Assembly (NCBI GenBank): GCA_964016885.1
Contig: OZ024741.1
Location: 67,394,001-67,458,000 of the forward strand
DNA: 64,000 bases
Source of the DNA: Eledone cirrhosa
Taxonomy: Eukaryota
Direction: 5' to 3'
Under the pieces are notes generated by a model. That model was given only the letters and a program-made list of their open reading frames with translations, was not told the DNA's origin and searched no databases. This document shows positions 13,051 to 25,587 of the stretch, piece by piece. Position 1 is the stretch's first letter. Each line of letters starts with the position of its first letter. The position numbers and the translations under genes were made by a program.

Positions 13051-14052
13051 GAGATTATTAACGAGTGACCTAGTGTTATCTATAGAAGGAATTGGATTGG
13101 AGAAGTTATTTGCGATAGGAATAATAGTTTCTTGATTTAGAATGGGATTAAGAACATTTAGCGAAGTTGTGTTTGACGTTGTATTTGGGTTTGCAGAAAT
13201 TAGCTTAGAGTTTACAATGACGTCTGGAGTACTATTACTATTATTATTCCTTTTCTTTTCTTTTTCTTTTAATTTCTAACCCCTAATCTGTACCTTTTCT
13301 CACTGTGCCTAACATAGAAACAATTATTACACAATACAATATATTCTTACTTTATATCACCTTGAAAAAATCCTTCGTAAACATAAACATTTTTTGACGT
13401 TTGATTATTCATCCTCAATTCATTATTTTATTCTCGCTTTCATCCTCATCTAACTATTTCATCCCATCTTCTACTTTTTTCACAATATATCCTTACTTAC
13501 ATTACCTTTGCTATTTTTAATAATACATATCAACATTTTCTTTCCATCGCACATATTATTAAACCCTTAAATATTATTCTTAATGCATATTAACATTTTC
13601 TTTCCATCGCACATATTATTAAACCCTTAAATATTATTCTTAATACATATTAACAATTTCTTTTCATCGCACATATTATTAAACCCTTCAATATACAAAC
13701 CTTAACTTTACATTGTTTTTCTCTTCGTTAATTTTCAAATTCTTTTAATTTATACATTATCTTCCAACGGTTTTTCAACCTCTCTATGTAACACAATATA
13801 TTTTTCTCAGTTATAAAAGCTATCTCTCTCTCTCTCTATCACCCATCTCTCCTCCTATCTCATCCTTCCGCATTATACTCCTCCCCCTCAACTTTTTACT
13901 CTCATCTCCTCCTCTTTTTCATCCTTTCCACCCCCCCCCCTCAATTTTTTTTTTCTTCCCAATATCACACATCAATCTAAAACTACTTTTCATATGTTGA
14001 TTTAAAACTGCACTATCCACAAGTGTTTTTTAACCTTCATATCATGTCTTCC

Positions 14053-14123
14053 TATTTTATCTGATGAAAACACAAATGTTATTGCATGATGATATTTGTT
14101 TTTGAAATGCGCATAATAAAATA
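14053..14123 (+). ncRNA. Canonical minimal type I hammerhead (inverted pLTR)
   Basis: Same motif as 11562-11632. Confidence 0.85.
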
Positions 14124-14176
14124 CATAGAACTCTTTTAAACATCTTTTGATCTTATATATTATATATATATATATA

Positions 14177-15250
14177 TTTCGTTTCTGAATTTGTTTAGCA
14201 AGATTCTTTATCTGAAATCGTGTGTTGAAACCGATATTGTTATACTTTGGGAGGGTCATGTTGCCAATAAGAAACACATGCACCAGTTGCTTTCACTTCA
14301 ATTTATTATATATTTATAAATTTATAAATTTACAAATCTACAAACTTATAAATTTCTGGTTGGTTGGTTGGTTCCACAACCAGTTAGTTGTTTATATATA
14401 GTCATAGTCCTTTCGTCACACACTCTGTGACCTCTTCAGTGACTGGGGATTCCTTCTTTGTTTCTGTGCCTTTCCTTTCTTCTATCCTACGCCATTTTGT
14501 TTCTGTGTGTGTGCTGTGTGCTCAGTTTGCGCATGCGCCACATCCGGGTGTCTGTGTGTGTTTGTGTTCATTTATCTATTTGTTTATTTATTTATTGTTG
14601 GTTGGTTGTTTGTTCTATGTGTGTGTGTGTTTTCATTTTGTCCTTAATTGTAAGTTGTGATGTTGCTGTTCCACTCATATTTTCTATTTAATTTTGGTTG
14701 TAATTCTTTTATGCTTACTGCCTCTGTAATTTGCCTAAACATTGCATCTTTTCTGTGTGTGGATTCTATTTTTATTTCTATGTTCTCTAATCTACCCCTG
14801 TGTTCTATCTTAGCATGTTGGTAGAGCACAGATGATTCTTTATTATCTTGAAGGTCTCGCCAGTGTTCATTTATTCGTTCCCCTATACTACGAGCTGTCT
14901 CACCTATGTACACTATATTTTTGTTTCTACATTGTCCTTCAGTACATCTTATGCTACATCTGAGCACACAACACACACACAGAAACAAAATGGCGTAGGA
15001 TAGAAGAAAGGAAAGGCACAGAAATAAAGAAAGGAATTCCCAGTCACTGAAGAGGTCACAGAGTGTGTGACGAAAGGACTATGACTATATATAAACAACT
15101 ATCTGGTTGTGGAACCAACCAACCAACCAGAAATTTATAAGTTTGTAGATTTGTAAATTTATAAATTTATAAATATATAATAAATTGAAGTGAAAGCAAC
15201 TGATGCGTGAGTTACTTATTGGCAACATGACCCTCCCAAAGTATAACAAT
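14177..15250 (-). mobile_element. Penelope-like element (same family as 3832-4897) with about 300-bp inverted arms
   Basis: GIY-YIG 14644-14955 (IVYIGETARSIGERINEH). 14236-14525 and 14960-15250 are inverted. Ends GTATAACAAT + (AT)n. Confidence 0.9.
15042..15086 (+). ncRNA. Minimal hammerhead with one extra nucleotide after CUGANGA
   Basis: AGTCA-CTGAAGA-g-GTCAC agagtgt GTGAC-GAAAG ga CTA-TGACT. Inverted copy at 14400-14444 (-). Confidence 0.75.
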
Positions 15251-15873
15251 ATATATATATATATATATATATTTAAATATATATATATATATACATACAC
15301 ATATATATGTATATGTATATATATACATATATATATACAATATGTTGAAAAGGTAACACACCAGAGATAGATATATAGTGCGTTATCAATAATACAGGGA
15401 AAAACCACCAGTGTATGGAATCTATAACCTATGAAAGGCAGACTATAGACACGATAATTAAAAATATAAATTAAAGCGTAATTAAATACCTCTATAACTA
15501 TATAACACACGTACAAATCCAAAGATATGTTTCACAAATAATTTGTTGAAAGAAATGGGTTAGTCTCGGTTCATCAGCGTGTGTAAGGCTATACATTTCA
15601 GACAACACTAAGAGAATTTTAAAATTGATTGTCCAGCTACACGTGGGAGAGAGAAGTCACAGCGTGTTTAAGGGCAGTGAACCACTGCAGTACCGTTGGT
15701 AGAGGTCGAAACTGCCGAAGTCTATCTCACGGCTGACGACCATGGAGTTCTGTGTCTTTCGTTTGTATATGTATTTATGAAAATATTTTTTTTAAGGCTT
15801 TCCCTTAAAAAATTGTTTTTTATTTTGTTTTGTTTCCTTTCGTTGTCTTTTCTTGTCTTTGTTAATTTTCTTA

Positions 15874-15958
<85 letters not shown>

Positions 15959-16310
15959 CTAACTGTCCAATCATATACCGTTCTGCACGTCAATGAATTT
16001 CTATTTCGCTTCAGGCCGAGAGCCCTTTACTGGCATATGGACAAATGTCTTAAGCATGTGTAAGGCAGTTGGGTTGATTCATACGACCAATTTCACTATT
16101 AATTTATAACGCTATTACACGCTCGCTGGAAATGATAGGCATAAGTATACATTTCCATACATACATTCATGTATATATTCATGTATATATATAATTCATA
16201 GATACATGTATACGTTTATATGTACATACATTCATGTATACATACATAACTGCGTCAATATACATGCATGTATTCATACATACGTACATTCATACATAGA
16301 TACATATGTA

Positions 16311-16610
16311 TATGATGGCTGCAACTCACGCTAAGCGTATTGCAATCGCTTGTGAAAACAGGAACCTGTAACAGATCCTCAACAAGCAATGCCTGTGCTC
16401 TGAAGGTTTTGAAGTGGGGGAAAGGCCTTGCACTCGACCAATACCACCCTCTTAGCATCGAAAACACTACACGAAAAGGAGAACTGGTCAACGTCATCGG
16501 AATTTTCCGAAGCCGCAGGGTTTTTTGTCAGAGTATCCCTCCCCTAGAAAGGTGTTGTGACAACAACTGATAGCCTTTCACTCCCAGGTGAGCAGATAAA
16601 AAGAAAAAAT
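16311..16610. mobile_element. Second copy of the short SINE-like element of 7245-7570
   Basis: Clear similarity throughout; flanked by (CATA)-type repeats. Confidence 0.65.
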
Positions 16611-17755
16611 ACATGCATAAATACATACATACAACCATACATACATACATACGTTTGTGTTTAAGAGTTTACATAAGTATGTCATCCTTTATGAATGCGC
16701 ATGTATACATATATGTATATCTGTATATGTGTGGAGTGAGAGGGAAAGAGAGAAACGGAGAGAGTGAGATAGGAAGAAAAGGAAAGAAAGGCAAAGAGAG
16801 GGAAAGAGAGTGAGGGAGAGAGAAAGAGAGGGAAAGAGAGAGAAAGAAAGAGATGGGCAATCTGCCATGTTTGCTACTTTAATTGCAAGCAACGAACTAT
16901 TTATTATTTGTAATTATTTCTGTATTTGTTTTGGCATGACAACTGCTTACGTCAACTTTGTATTTCGCGCCCTCTCATCATTACTATGGTAACCATTAAC
17001 CTAAATGTGACCTTCATGTAATTTCAACGGATTATACTACTAATAATGAAGTTATTCATTACGTTACATAGGTTTGAACAATAATCAAGGTAACTATTAA
17101 ATTAAACAAAATGTAATGTACCTGAACTCAGTTATAATTACGGTCTTCCTACCTACGTGTCAATTATATTTGAAATTCTACTATTACTCACAATCAAGCA
17201 TGATACGTAACATATACTATGCTTTCTAGGCGAGCAGATGAGACACCTCCCAGACACAGCGGAAAATATGGGATTTTACATCTAACAAGGAGAAAGGGTT
17301 GCATTTAACTCGTACTTACCTTATCGACTCAGAAACGATTAAAGAGAAAGTTGACATCGATTGGGTTTGAATTCAGAATGCAGATACCACGATAAAACAT
17401 ACACAACCACGTTATATTTGAAATATATCATTGTCACCTGTCATCATAGAGCATCTGAATTATAGCCACAAAGATCCACCCAGTCTAACACCATCAGCAC
17501 TATCACATTCTTTTAGAATTCTTGCCAGACTCCATGGCATCTTTAGTCTCACCGGTGAGGAAAACACTGAAGCCTCATGATGCGCTGGTCAAGCAGAATC
17601 ATCGGTCGCATTGCTAACGCTAGTTTGTAAAACAGGAGGTTAATTGAATATGCCATGTTCACACCTTTTTCTTCAATATTTTAACTATGAATACCATACA
17701 ACTTAGATTATTATATATGTGCTATATATAAACATTACAACTTAACACTTAACAC

Positions 17756-17824
17756 TTTTCTGATGAAAACACGTCAAAGACTTATTGTGCAATCTCTTTG
17801 ACGTCTTTGAAATGTGCATAACAG
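17756..17824 (+). ncRNA. Hammerhead motif with eroded stem I
   Basis: CTGATGA-aaac ACGTCAAAGA...TCTTTGACGT cttt-GAAAT gtgc ATA. Confidence 0.55.
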
Positions 17825-17941
17825 GAATACATAATTTATATAAACATTTCTCTATCTCCCCCCCCCTCTCTCTCTCTCTCTCTGTATATATATATATATA
17901 TATATAAGCAAAGATTATTTAATTTGTCTGTTATTCAGAAA

Positions 17942-18033
<92 letters not shown>

Positions 18034-18115
18034 CGGATAGTAGCTGAGATGCTTCCATAGGCGGTATGCCGGTTGGACACTCTATGCTCTTACAGAGCAG
18101 AGTATGATATAATAT

Positions 18116-18347
18116 AAAACGAAAAATCAGTGATGCATCTGAACTCAGTTTATTGTGTGTTACAATTGTTTCGCTAGCGGACAGCTCGAGACGCGGTTAT
18201 TGTATGGCTCTGTCTGATTCAGGACCCGCAGGTTCGACGGACACGTCTAATGATTTCGGAGCATATTCTCTCACTGTGAACTGTCCGCCGGCGAAACAAT
18301 TGTAACACACAATAAACTGAGTTCAGATACATCACTGATTTTTCGTT

Positions 18348-18349
<2 letters not shown>
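18116..18349. repeat. Fold-back element (about 70-bp arms), probably PLE-derived
   Basis: 18116-18184 is inverted at 18280-18349. Arms include GAAAC aatt GTA (HHR stem III half). (TA)n flank. Confidence 0.75.
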
Positions 18350-18379
<30 letters not shown>

Positions 18380-18427
18380 CATAAAAATACAGCTTCTATA
18401 ATTTTCGGTGAAAGCAGGGGAGCACGT

Positions 18428-18469
18428 GGCTCTGATGAACGCCAACCAGCGTGAAACAGACTGTCAGCC
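18428..18469 (+). ncRNA. Type I hammerhead ribozyme
   Basis: Fully canonical core, GUC site at 18463-18465; stem I is extendable (gggag/ctccc, ttttcgg/ccgaaaa). Confidence 0.9.
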
Positions 18470-18743
18470 TATCTCCCTTCTTCTGCCGAAAAGAAGTAAG
18501 TGACATAGTCCCTACTTTAAAACTCATAGCGTATGGTCTTCTAAATGTTTTTAATTAAACATACGGTATATTGCCAAATATACTATACATACATTCATGT
18601 ATACATCGCTATTTCAGAGCACAAATCCTAATAACTAATGTTTGCTGGACCGGCGATCGCTCTGTATAATCAGCTCCTGATTATTACTGGAATTCTATAA
18701 GAATCGATCTTCTATAATTTTCGGTGAAAGCAGGGGAGTACGT

Positions 18744-18785
18744 GGCTCTGATGAACGCCAACAAGCGTGAAACAGACTGTCAGCT
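18744..18785 (+). ncRNA. Type I hammerhead ribozyme (tandem copy)
   Basis: Same core; GUC at 18779-18781. Confidence 0.88.
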
Positions 18786-18940
18786 TCTCTCCCTTCTTTC
18801 ACCTAAAATAAGTAAGTGATATATTCACTACTTTAAAACTGATAGCATATGGTCTTCTAAATGTTTTTTTTTAATTAAACATACGGTATATTGCCAAATA
18901 TACTATACATACATTCATATATATATATACTATACATACA

Positions 18941-19270
<330 letters not shown>

Positions 19271-19429
19271 ATGTAATGATAAGTTGACGGAACTAGCATA
19301 GGTATCACTGCTAGAACCGGTTGCATCTCATCGTACTCAATAGGTAATGTTAAACAAACTCCCAGAGTATACACATGGTTATTCGGTCGATCGTTGGTCT
19401 TTCCAATTGCTAATACTATCTATCGGTCG

Positions 19430-19550
19430 CAACTCCAGGTAGAAGGAGCAATGTGAAATAAAGTGTCTTGCTCAAGGACATAACGCATCGATTTCACAAT
19501 CTTATGATTGCGAATCCAATTCTCTTACCACACAGCCATGCGCCTTCATG
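19430..19550 (-). mobile_element. tRNA-derived SINE, degenerate
   Basis: gtgtcttgctcaaggaca...gccatgcgccttca; relatives at 32370-32624 and about 40370-40640. Confidence 0.65.
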
Positions 19551-20030
19551 TGCGCGCGTGTGTGTGTGTGAGCGCGTGGAAAGGAAAATAATATAGCAGT
19601 CATAACATATGGGGTGATACGAATGCGGAATAATAGAATATTATTTGGTATAATATTAATGTATTAATACATAATATTAAAAATAACTGAAACAAAAGGC
19701 AGAATAAGAGGAATAAATTAAGTTACCAGAATTGTGTATCTATCTATCTATCGATCTATCTATCGATCTATCTATCTATCTATATATCTCTCTGTCTGTC
19801 TAAATCTCTGGGATGCACACATGTGCTGAGCTCGCTCGCTCGGTAAGTTTCGTTTAAATTTATCTGGAAATTGTGAACTGTAAACTTTCATTTTTGTACC
19901 ATTTTGTAGAGAGATTGCCAGGTCAAATTTTGATCTGGTCAGTCTCTCAAAATATTCTACGCCTTTAGGCGAAATAGTGTTGTAAACATTTTATCTTTCG
20001 AAAAATTTCGAAAAATCCTATTTGATAAAA

Positions 20031-21863
20031 ATGGCTGAAGTATCTTCACCAACAATCAAAGAACGAAAAGGGAAGTCATACTCACAGCTTCCCCCTGCCA
20101 CTGTCACAGCAGCAGGAGCCAAAGGCAGAATTTTCTTCACCTGTTGACCGACAACTTGATGTAGCCACAACTATACAAGAAACTGAAAACAACAACAACA
20201 ACGACAACAACAGCAACAATAAAGACAACAAAAACAACAACAACACAAACGTCACAAGTATCCACACACCAAACGAGAAAGACAACAACAACAAAGATGA
20301 AAACAACTCAAACGTCGAGAAACAAAACAATACAAACACCAACAACGAAAACAAAATATCTTTTGCACAAACGGCTAAATTATCAGTCACTTATGTGCTT
20401 GAAGATATTTCAAAAGCCAAAGAAATGCTGGAAAAAGCCAAAAAATATGTATCTTTTGGCGAAAACGGTTCGTTTTCTATAAATTCACCTCCAGAACTAA
20501 AAAAACAGACGGAATTACGAACTATCGTATTCCGTACAATTTTAAATAAAACAAAAAAATCCAGCACAACCATCTCAAGCTGAAATTCAGTTAGTACTGA
20601 AAGAAGCGATGAAAGACATCACTTTCATACAAAAGGATAAACTCTATGGGAGTTTATCCATATTGATGAAAGACGAATTGGCGGCGAAAAGATACTCTGT
20701 GTCACCAATTCGTTCCACACACTACACCTTCTACCCCACCTACATGGGTAAAAAAACCCAGAGAATATGGATAACCACCATCACCCCAAACATAAACTAC
20801 TGGTGGTTACTAACCGGTTTCCTCAATTTAGACGAGGACAACCTCATTTCAATAGGGAAGGCATCCGGCGACGCGTTCAGTGGAACGAGTATCGAAGTTC
20901 TGACACAAATAAGGCCAGAACGTATCGCCCAAATCCCTGAGCGCGTCATGCTGGATGACCGTACCCACCTCAACATTATTGTGGAGGGTAGGCGTCCCTC
21001 CTGTTACCTCTGTGGCAATAGAGGTCACCTGAGGGCTGCCTGTCCCCAGCTCACACAGAAAAAAACACTGCTACCAACACCAACACCACCCCAATAACAA
21101 CAACAAAAACAACCACAACAACAACAACAACACCAAAAACCAACAACACCACCACCACAACAACAACAACAACAACAACAAACACGTGAAAAAACAACAC
21201 AGAATACTGTCCCATCCAACCCCTCCCCACCCAAAACAAATACAAAAACACACACCGCAAACACTACCAGAAAACATACCCCTCCCACCCAACAAGGAAG
21301 ACGAACCACTTTCGTCGCAAGACGAAAAAGATCCCTTCCAAACAGTAAAAAGAAAGAAGAGGAGGCGCACCACAGACACACTTGTTAACTTTAACCCTCC
21401 CCAAGAGAACACAAACTACACACAAACCACCACTCCCCGTCACACAACACTAACTGCTACACAAAAAAAGACTTTACAATATACATACATGAACACAGAC
21501 AACAAAGAACTACTGAAAACAATTTCAGCAAACCCTTCGGTCCAAATTGAAGGGCCTAATTTTATAACTGCTGTGGGACTACCTCATTTAAAAATGATTA
21601 AAGTCCCAATGAACTTTTATAAAACACTGAGAATAAATTTCACGGAGGACGTGTCCCCCCCCCCCCTGCGCCAAACCAATCAACCGCGTCCTCCTAAAAA
21701 ATGTCACCCCCCATCCCACCCAGACACCCACTCAACCACAAACACCCCAACCCCACAACACACTGATGCCCCTTCACTTCCACAAACCACCACCCCACCC
21801 AACAACCCATCCCCAACCAGCATGGAAATTGAGCGGCCCGCTTCCCGGGACGCAGAGAGGTAG
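20031..21863 (+). pseudogene. Tx1 ORF1 (gag-like CCHC nucleic-acid-binding protein), disrupted
   Basis: ATG at 20031; VEGRRPSCYLCGNRGHLRAAC; stops and frameshifts; stop at 21861-21863. Confidence 0.8.
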
Positions 21864-21886
21864 TGCCTTTTCTCCTTACCACCAAC

Positions 21887-24800
21887 ATGGCTGTGCTAAG
21901 AGTAGGGTGTCTAAATGCGCGTGGCCTGGGCTCGTCTTGGAAGCAAGCAATGCTTCTAAATGACCTCAGGTCACGATCTATAAATGTGATGGTTATCTGC
22001 GAGGCCCGGATCAGCAGCATGCGACAGCTAGCCCCCACCTTTGACGACTTTGAGATGCACGCATCTCTCTGTCAGCCCGGAGGTGGGGGTGAGGTTGTCG
22101 TTCTGCTGCAAAAACATCTGCGTCTTGCCACACAGATAGTTCACTTGGACCCAGGGGGTCGACTGGTGGTGCTGGACCTTGCCAGTGGTGAAGGTGGAGC
22201 CTTTAGGCTGGTAGCCGCATATGCCCCTTTTGGGACAGAGCAGCCCGACATTTTCCAGCGTTTGGAGTCTTTTCTAGGGACGTCTCGTTCCCTGCTTTTA
22301 GTGGGGGACTGGAATGGTATCCTGGATGCACGTTGGGACTATGCAGGGGCATGTCCCGATAGAGAGGGGTGCAACAGCCTCAAGGGGTTACTCGGCCGAT
22401 TTGACCTGGCCGATAGATTTCGACTAGATTTTCCGACGGTGCCAACCTGGTCTTGGTCAAATCGTAGCGGATCATCTAGGTCGTACCTACATAGGTTTTT
22501 AGTTAGAAATAAGGACGGATTTTTTAAGTTGTCCAGAAATGGTCATGGTTGGCTATGCAGACCGCAAGTTGGTGACCTGCATGGTCAACCATGATAGAAC
22601 GCATAGACAGGGCCCCGGTTACTGGAAGCTCAACTTGTCCTTGTCGGCAAGTAGAGCTTACAGGGATAGGATTAGTACGTTAGTTAAGGAACGGTTGACT
22701 GGAGCGATCGTCAACAGCAGGTGGTGGGTATCTCTAAAGAGAGAGATTAGAGTAGTCTCGATAGAATTTAGTAAGGTTCTAGCTGCGGATAGGAATAGGA
22801 AGGAAAGGGAGCTAATAGATAGAGTAGAAGAGGCAATTAGAAGCGGCGGCGTAGCCAGAGTGCTAGCGTCGAGAACGGCTTTGAGCCAGTTTTTCGACGC
22901 GAAGCACGAAGGCTGCGTTGTCCGAAGTAAAATACGTGCTCTAGGGAACGAGGGGACCAAAGCTGTTAGCTGGGCCCGCGTGACAGAGGCCAACAGTGGA
23001 ACTAAATCCACCATCCGGTCTTTGCGAGACCAGGATGGACGGGCGATTCTTGAGCCTAAGCAGATGTGTGAGGCCTTTCAAAGGCACTTTGCCCGACTAT
23101 TCGGAAGGGGCGGGGAGCCGGGTGGGGATGTGGACTTTGGTCCATACCTCGACGGTCTGTCGCGTCTCTGGGACAGAGAGGCGAAGTCCTGCGAGGAGCC
23201 GATTTCGGCCGCTGAGATAGAGGACGTGCTGAGCCAATGCGGCAAACGCAAATCCCCGGGTCTCGATGGTCTTCCATACGAATTATATCTAGCTATGCCG
23301 GACTTGTTACCCGATCTCCTCGAGGCGGTCTACTGCAACTGGCAACAGAACAGGAGAATTCCCTGTACTGTGACCAAGGGCGTAGTCACGCTAGTGAGGA
23401 AGGACGAGAACAAGGGGGACGAAATAAGTAACTTCAGGCCCATAACTCTGTTAAATACAGAGTTACAGATTTTGGCCAAGGTGCTAGCAAAGAGGTTGGC
23501 GCTTGTTGTGGGCAACCTGGTGGGAGATGCGCAGACATGTGCTATCCCGTCCGGGTCCATCCATGACAACCTCCACCTCATGCGATACATCATAGAGAGG
23601 GTTGGGAACGAACTCGGCTTTGGTGGGGCTCTAATCAACTTGGATCAGTCTAAGGCGTTCGATAGGGTCGACCATGGTTACCTGGAATCGGTGCTAGCGG
23701 AAGTTGGAGTTGTTGCAGGGCATCCCTTTGGAACCGGGATTGCGGAAAGCGGTGTCGGCCTACGCCGATGACGTGACAGTAATGGTGTCGACGACCTCCG
23801 AAATCGGGGCGGTCGGCATCTTACTGGAGGAGTACGAAAGGTTCACAGGGGCTAAGCTGAACCGGGACTAGTCGATCGGTTTGCAACTCGGCACGTGGAG
23901 GGGCAGACCGATGCCCTCCGATGGGGTCTGGTTCGGACCAGACCTCCAGGTGGAGAAGAACTGGGCGGAGGTTACGAACAGGGTGTTTGCACTGACCCAG
24001 AAGTGGGCCAGTTGCAAACTATCCCTGAAAGGTCGGGCGGAGGTGGCGAACACCTATATAGCGTCCGTCATCTACTACCGCGTGACCGTAGTGCCTTGCC
24101 CAAGGGAAACCCTCGCCAAGATGGAGCGCGCTCTTCCAATTCTTTTGGAAGAGGCGGGCTCCCTTGGTGAGGAGATCCATCTGCTGTCAATACCCTTCGA
24201 AAGGAGGGCTGGGGATGCCGTGGCTAATGATGCGTAAACACGCATTAAGGCTACGACACCTCCACGAATTCCTCACCGGTCAACCGGTGTGGGCCTCGTT
24301 TGTGAGACGAACCTTTCCCAGACTCGTCTCACTCACCGAGCTGCAATCCTGGGTCAAGCAAAGACCGAGAAAACTGGGCGCCTGGCACACTGAGTGTGCC
24401 CAGGCGCTCACCGCCCACTGGCAGGCGGATCCGGTTATCAGTGGAGACTCCACCGCAACATTCTATAGAGGGCTGGTACGCAGCAGGTGCGACGACGCCC
24501 TCGGAGAAGCCCTAGACATGGAGGAGGACGAACTGGCCAGCCTGTTCGGTAGGACATTCAGCCGGGGACCTATGGACAACTTCCAGAGGTCCCTGGCCTG
24601 GCAGTGCTACCGAGGGGCTCTACCCGTTCGAGAAAAGCTCTACAGACACGGGCGCCCGGGTAGGGACCCCGCCAAAAAGATCTGTCCCAGATGCGTGTGC
24701 GACGAGGAAACCGTTGCACACGCTTTGGTACACTGCTCGGGCGTAGCCGATCTGTGAGGCTATGTCGAACAACTGCTGTCAAGGGTGGGACCGATCCGGT

Positions 24801-25099
24801 TGACCACCGAGTCTATTGTAATGATCAAGCCGCCTCCCCCCTTCAAAGATGAAGGAGAGGCGGCATTTCTGTGCGTAATAGCCATGGTGAAAGAAGTTGT
24901 ATGGTGGACGCGTCTGAAAGGACTGAGGTGAGGCACCTTTCTCTCTGGCCAACAACTGATCCGTTTCTTCCGATATCATTTCGGAAGAAGGATCAGGATG
25001 GAGAGAGAGGTGCTCCACCCCAGTCGTTTTTATGAAAGGAGGGTGAAAGTGGCGAGAATGGCCCGTGTGAATGGGCCTTCTCTTTACATAAGCCTGTAG
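21887..25099 (+). pseudogene. Tx1 ORF2 (APE endonuclease + RT), frameshifted and with an internal RT deletion
   Basis: LNARGL, LVGDWNG, GYWKLN, KSPGLDGLPYE, FRPITLLNTE, DQSKAFDRVDH, YADD at 23761, CPRC...H...C. The QGxPLS region is missing at about 23700. Confidence 0.9.
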
Positions 25100-25587
25100 G
25101 TGGAAAAGAGGAAGGAACGAGGGAGCACCCCCTCTCTGTGCTCCTGAGGAGAAGGGTTGCACACTTTTTTCGGAGGGGTGTGCGACCCCCCAAGGCGCCT
25201 CCTCTCTATTGAGGATTTTGTTATAAATTTTATTTTTTGTTATATTTTATTTTATTTTTATATTTTGTTATTACCTCCTCCTTATTGAGGACGCCTTGTT
25301 TTGTAAACTCCCCCATTGTACTTGTCCCACTTTTGATGCCCTGGTGGCAAATAAAAGAAACATATCTATCTATCTATGGGATGGACACGTGTTAAACTTG
25401 TTCGGTAAGTTTTGTTTAAATTTCTTTAGGAATTCGTCATTGTGAACTTTTATTTTTATACCAATTTGTAGAGGGACTGACAGGTCAAATTTGATCTGGT
25501 CAGTCTCCCAAAATATCGTGCCCCCCAAGGAAAAAATATCAAAAATCTTTTAGAAAATATTTTTGCAAAACAATACAATTTTCAAAG

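Larger units (their letters stand above)
11437..14162 (-). mobile_element. Penelope-like element with about 900-bp inverted repeats
   Basis: About 11524-12423 is the reverse complement of about 13247-14162. A GIY-YIG frame lies between the arms and each arm has an HHR. A 60-bp unit is repeated three times at 11981-12150. Confidence 0.9.
18393..18918 (+). mobile_element. Tandem hammerhead-bearing non-coding unit (retrozyme-like, 316-nt period)
   Basis: About 205-bp direct repeats at 18393 and 18709, each with GGCT-CTGATGA-ACGC..GCGT-GAAAC agact GTC-AGC. Confidence 0.75.
19810..25360 (+). mobile_element. Tx1/L1-clade non-LTR retrotransposon, full-length degenerate copy 1
   Basis: 5' UTR, ORF1 with zinc knuckle, APE-RT-Cys ORF2, 3' end gccctggtggcaaataaaagaaa; flanked by (TATC)n. 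Confidence 0.92.
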
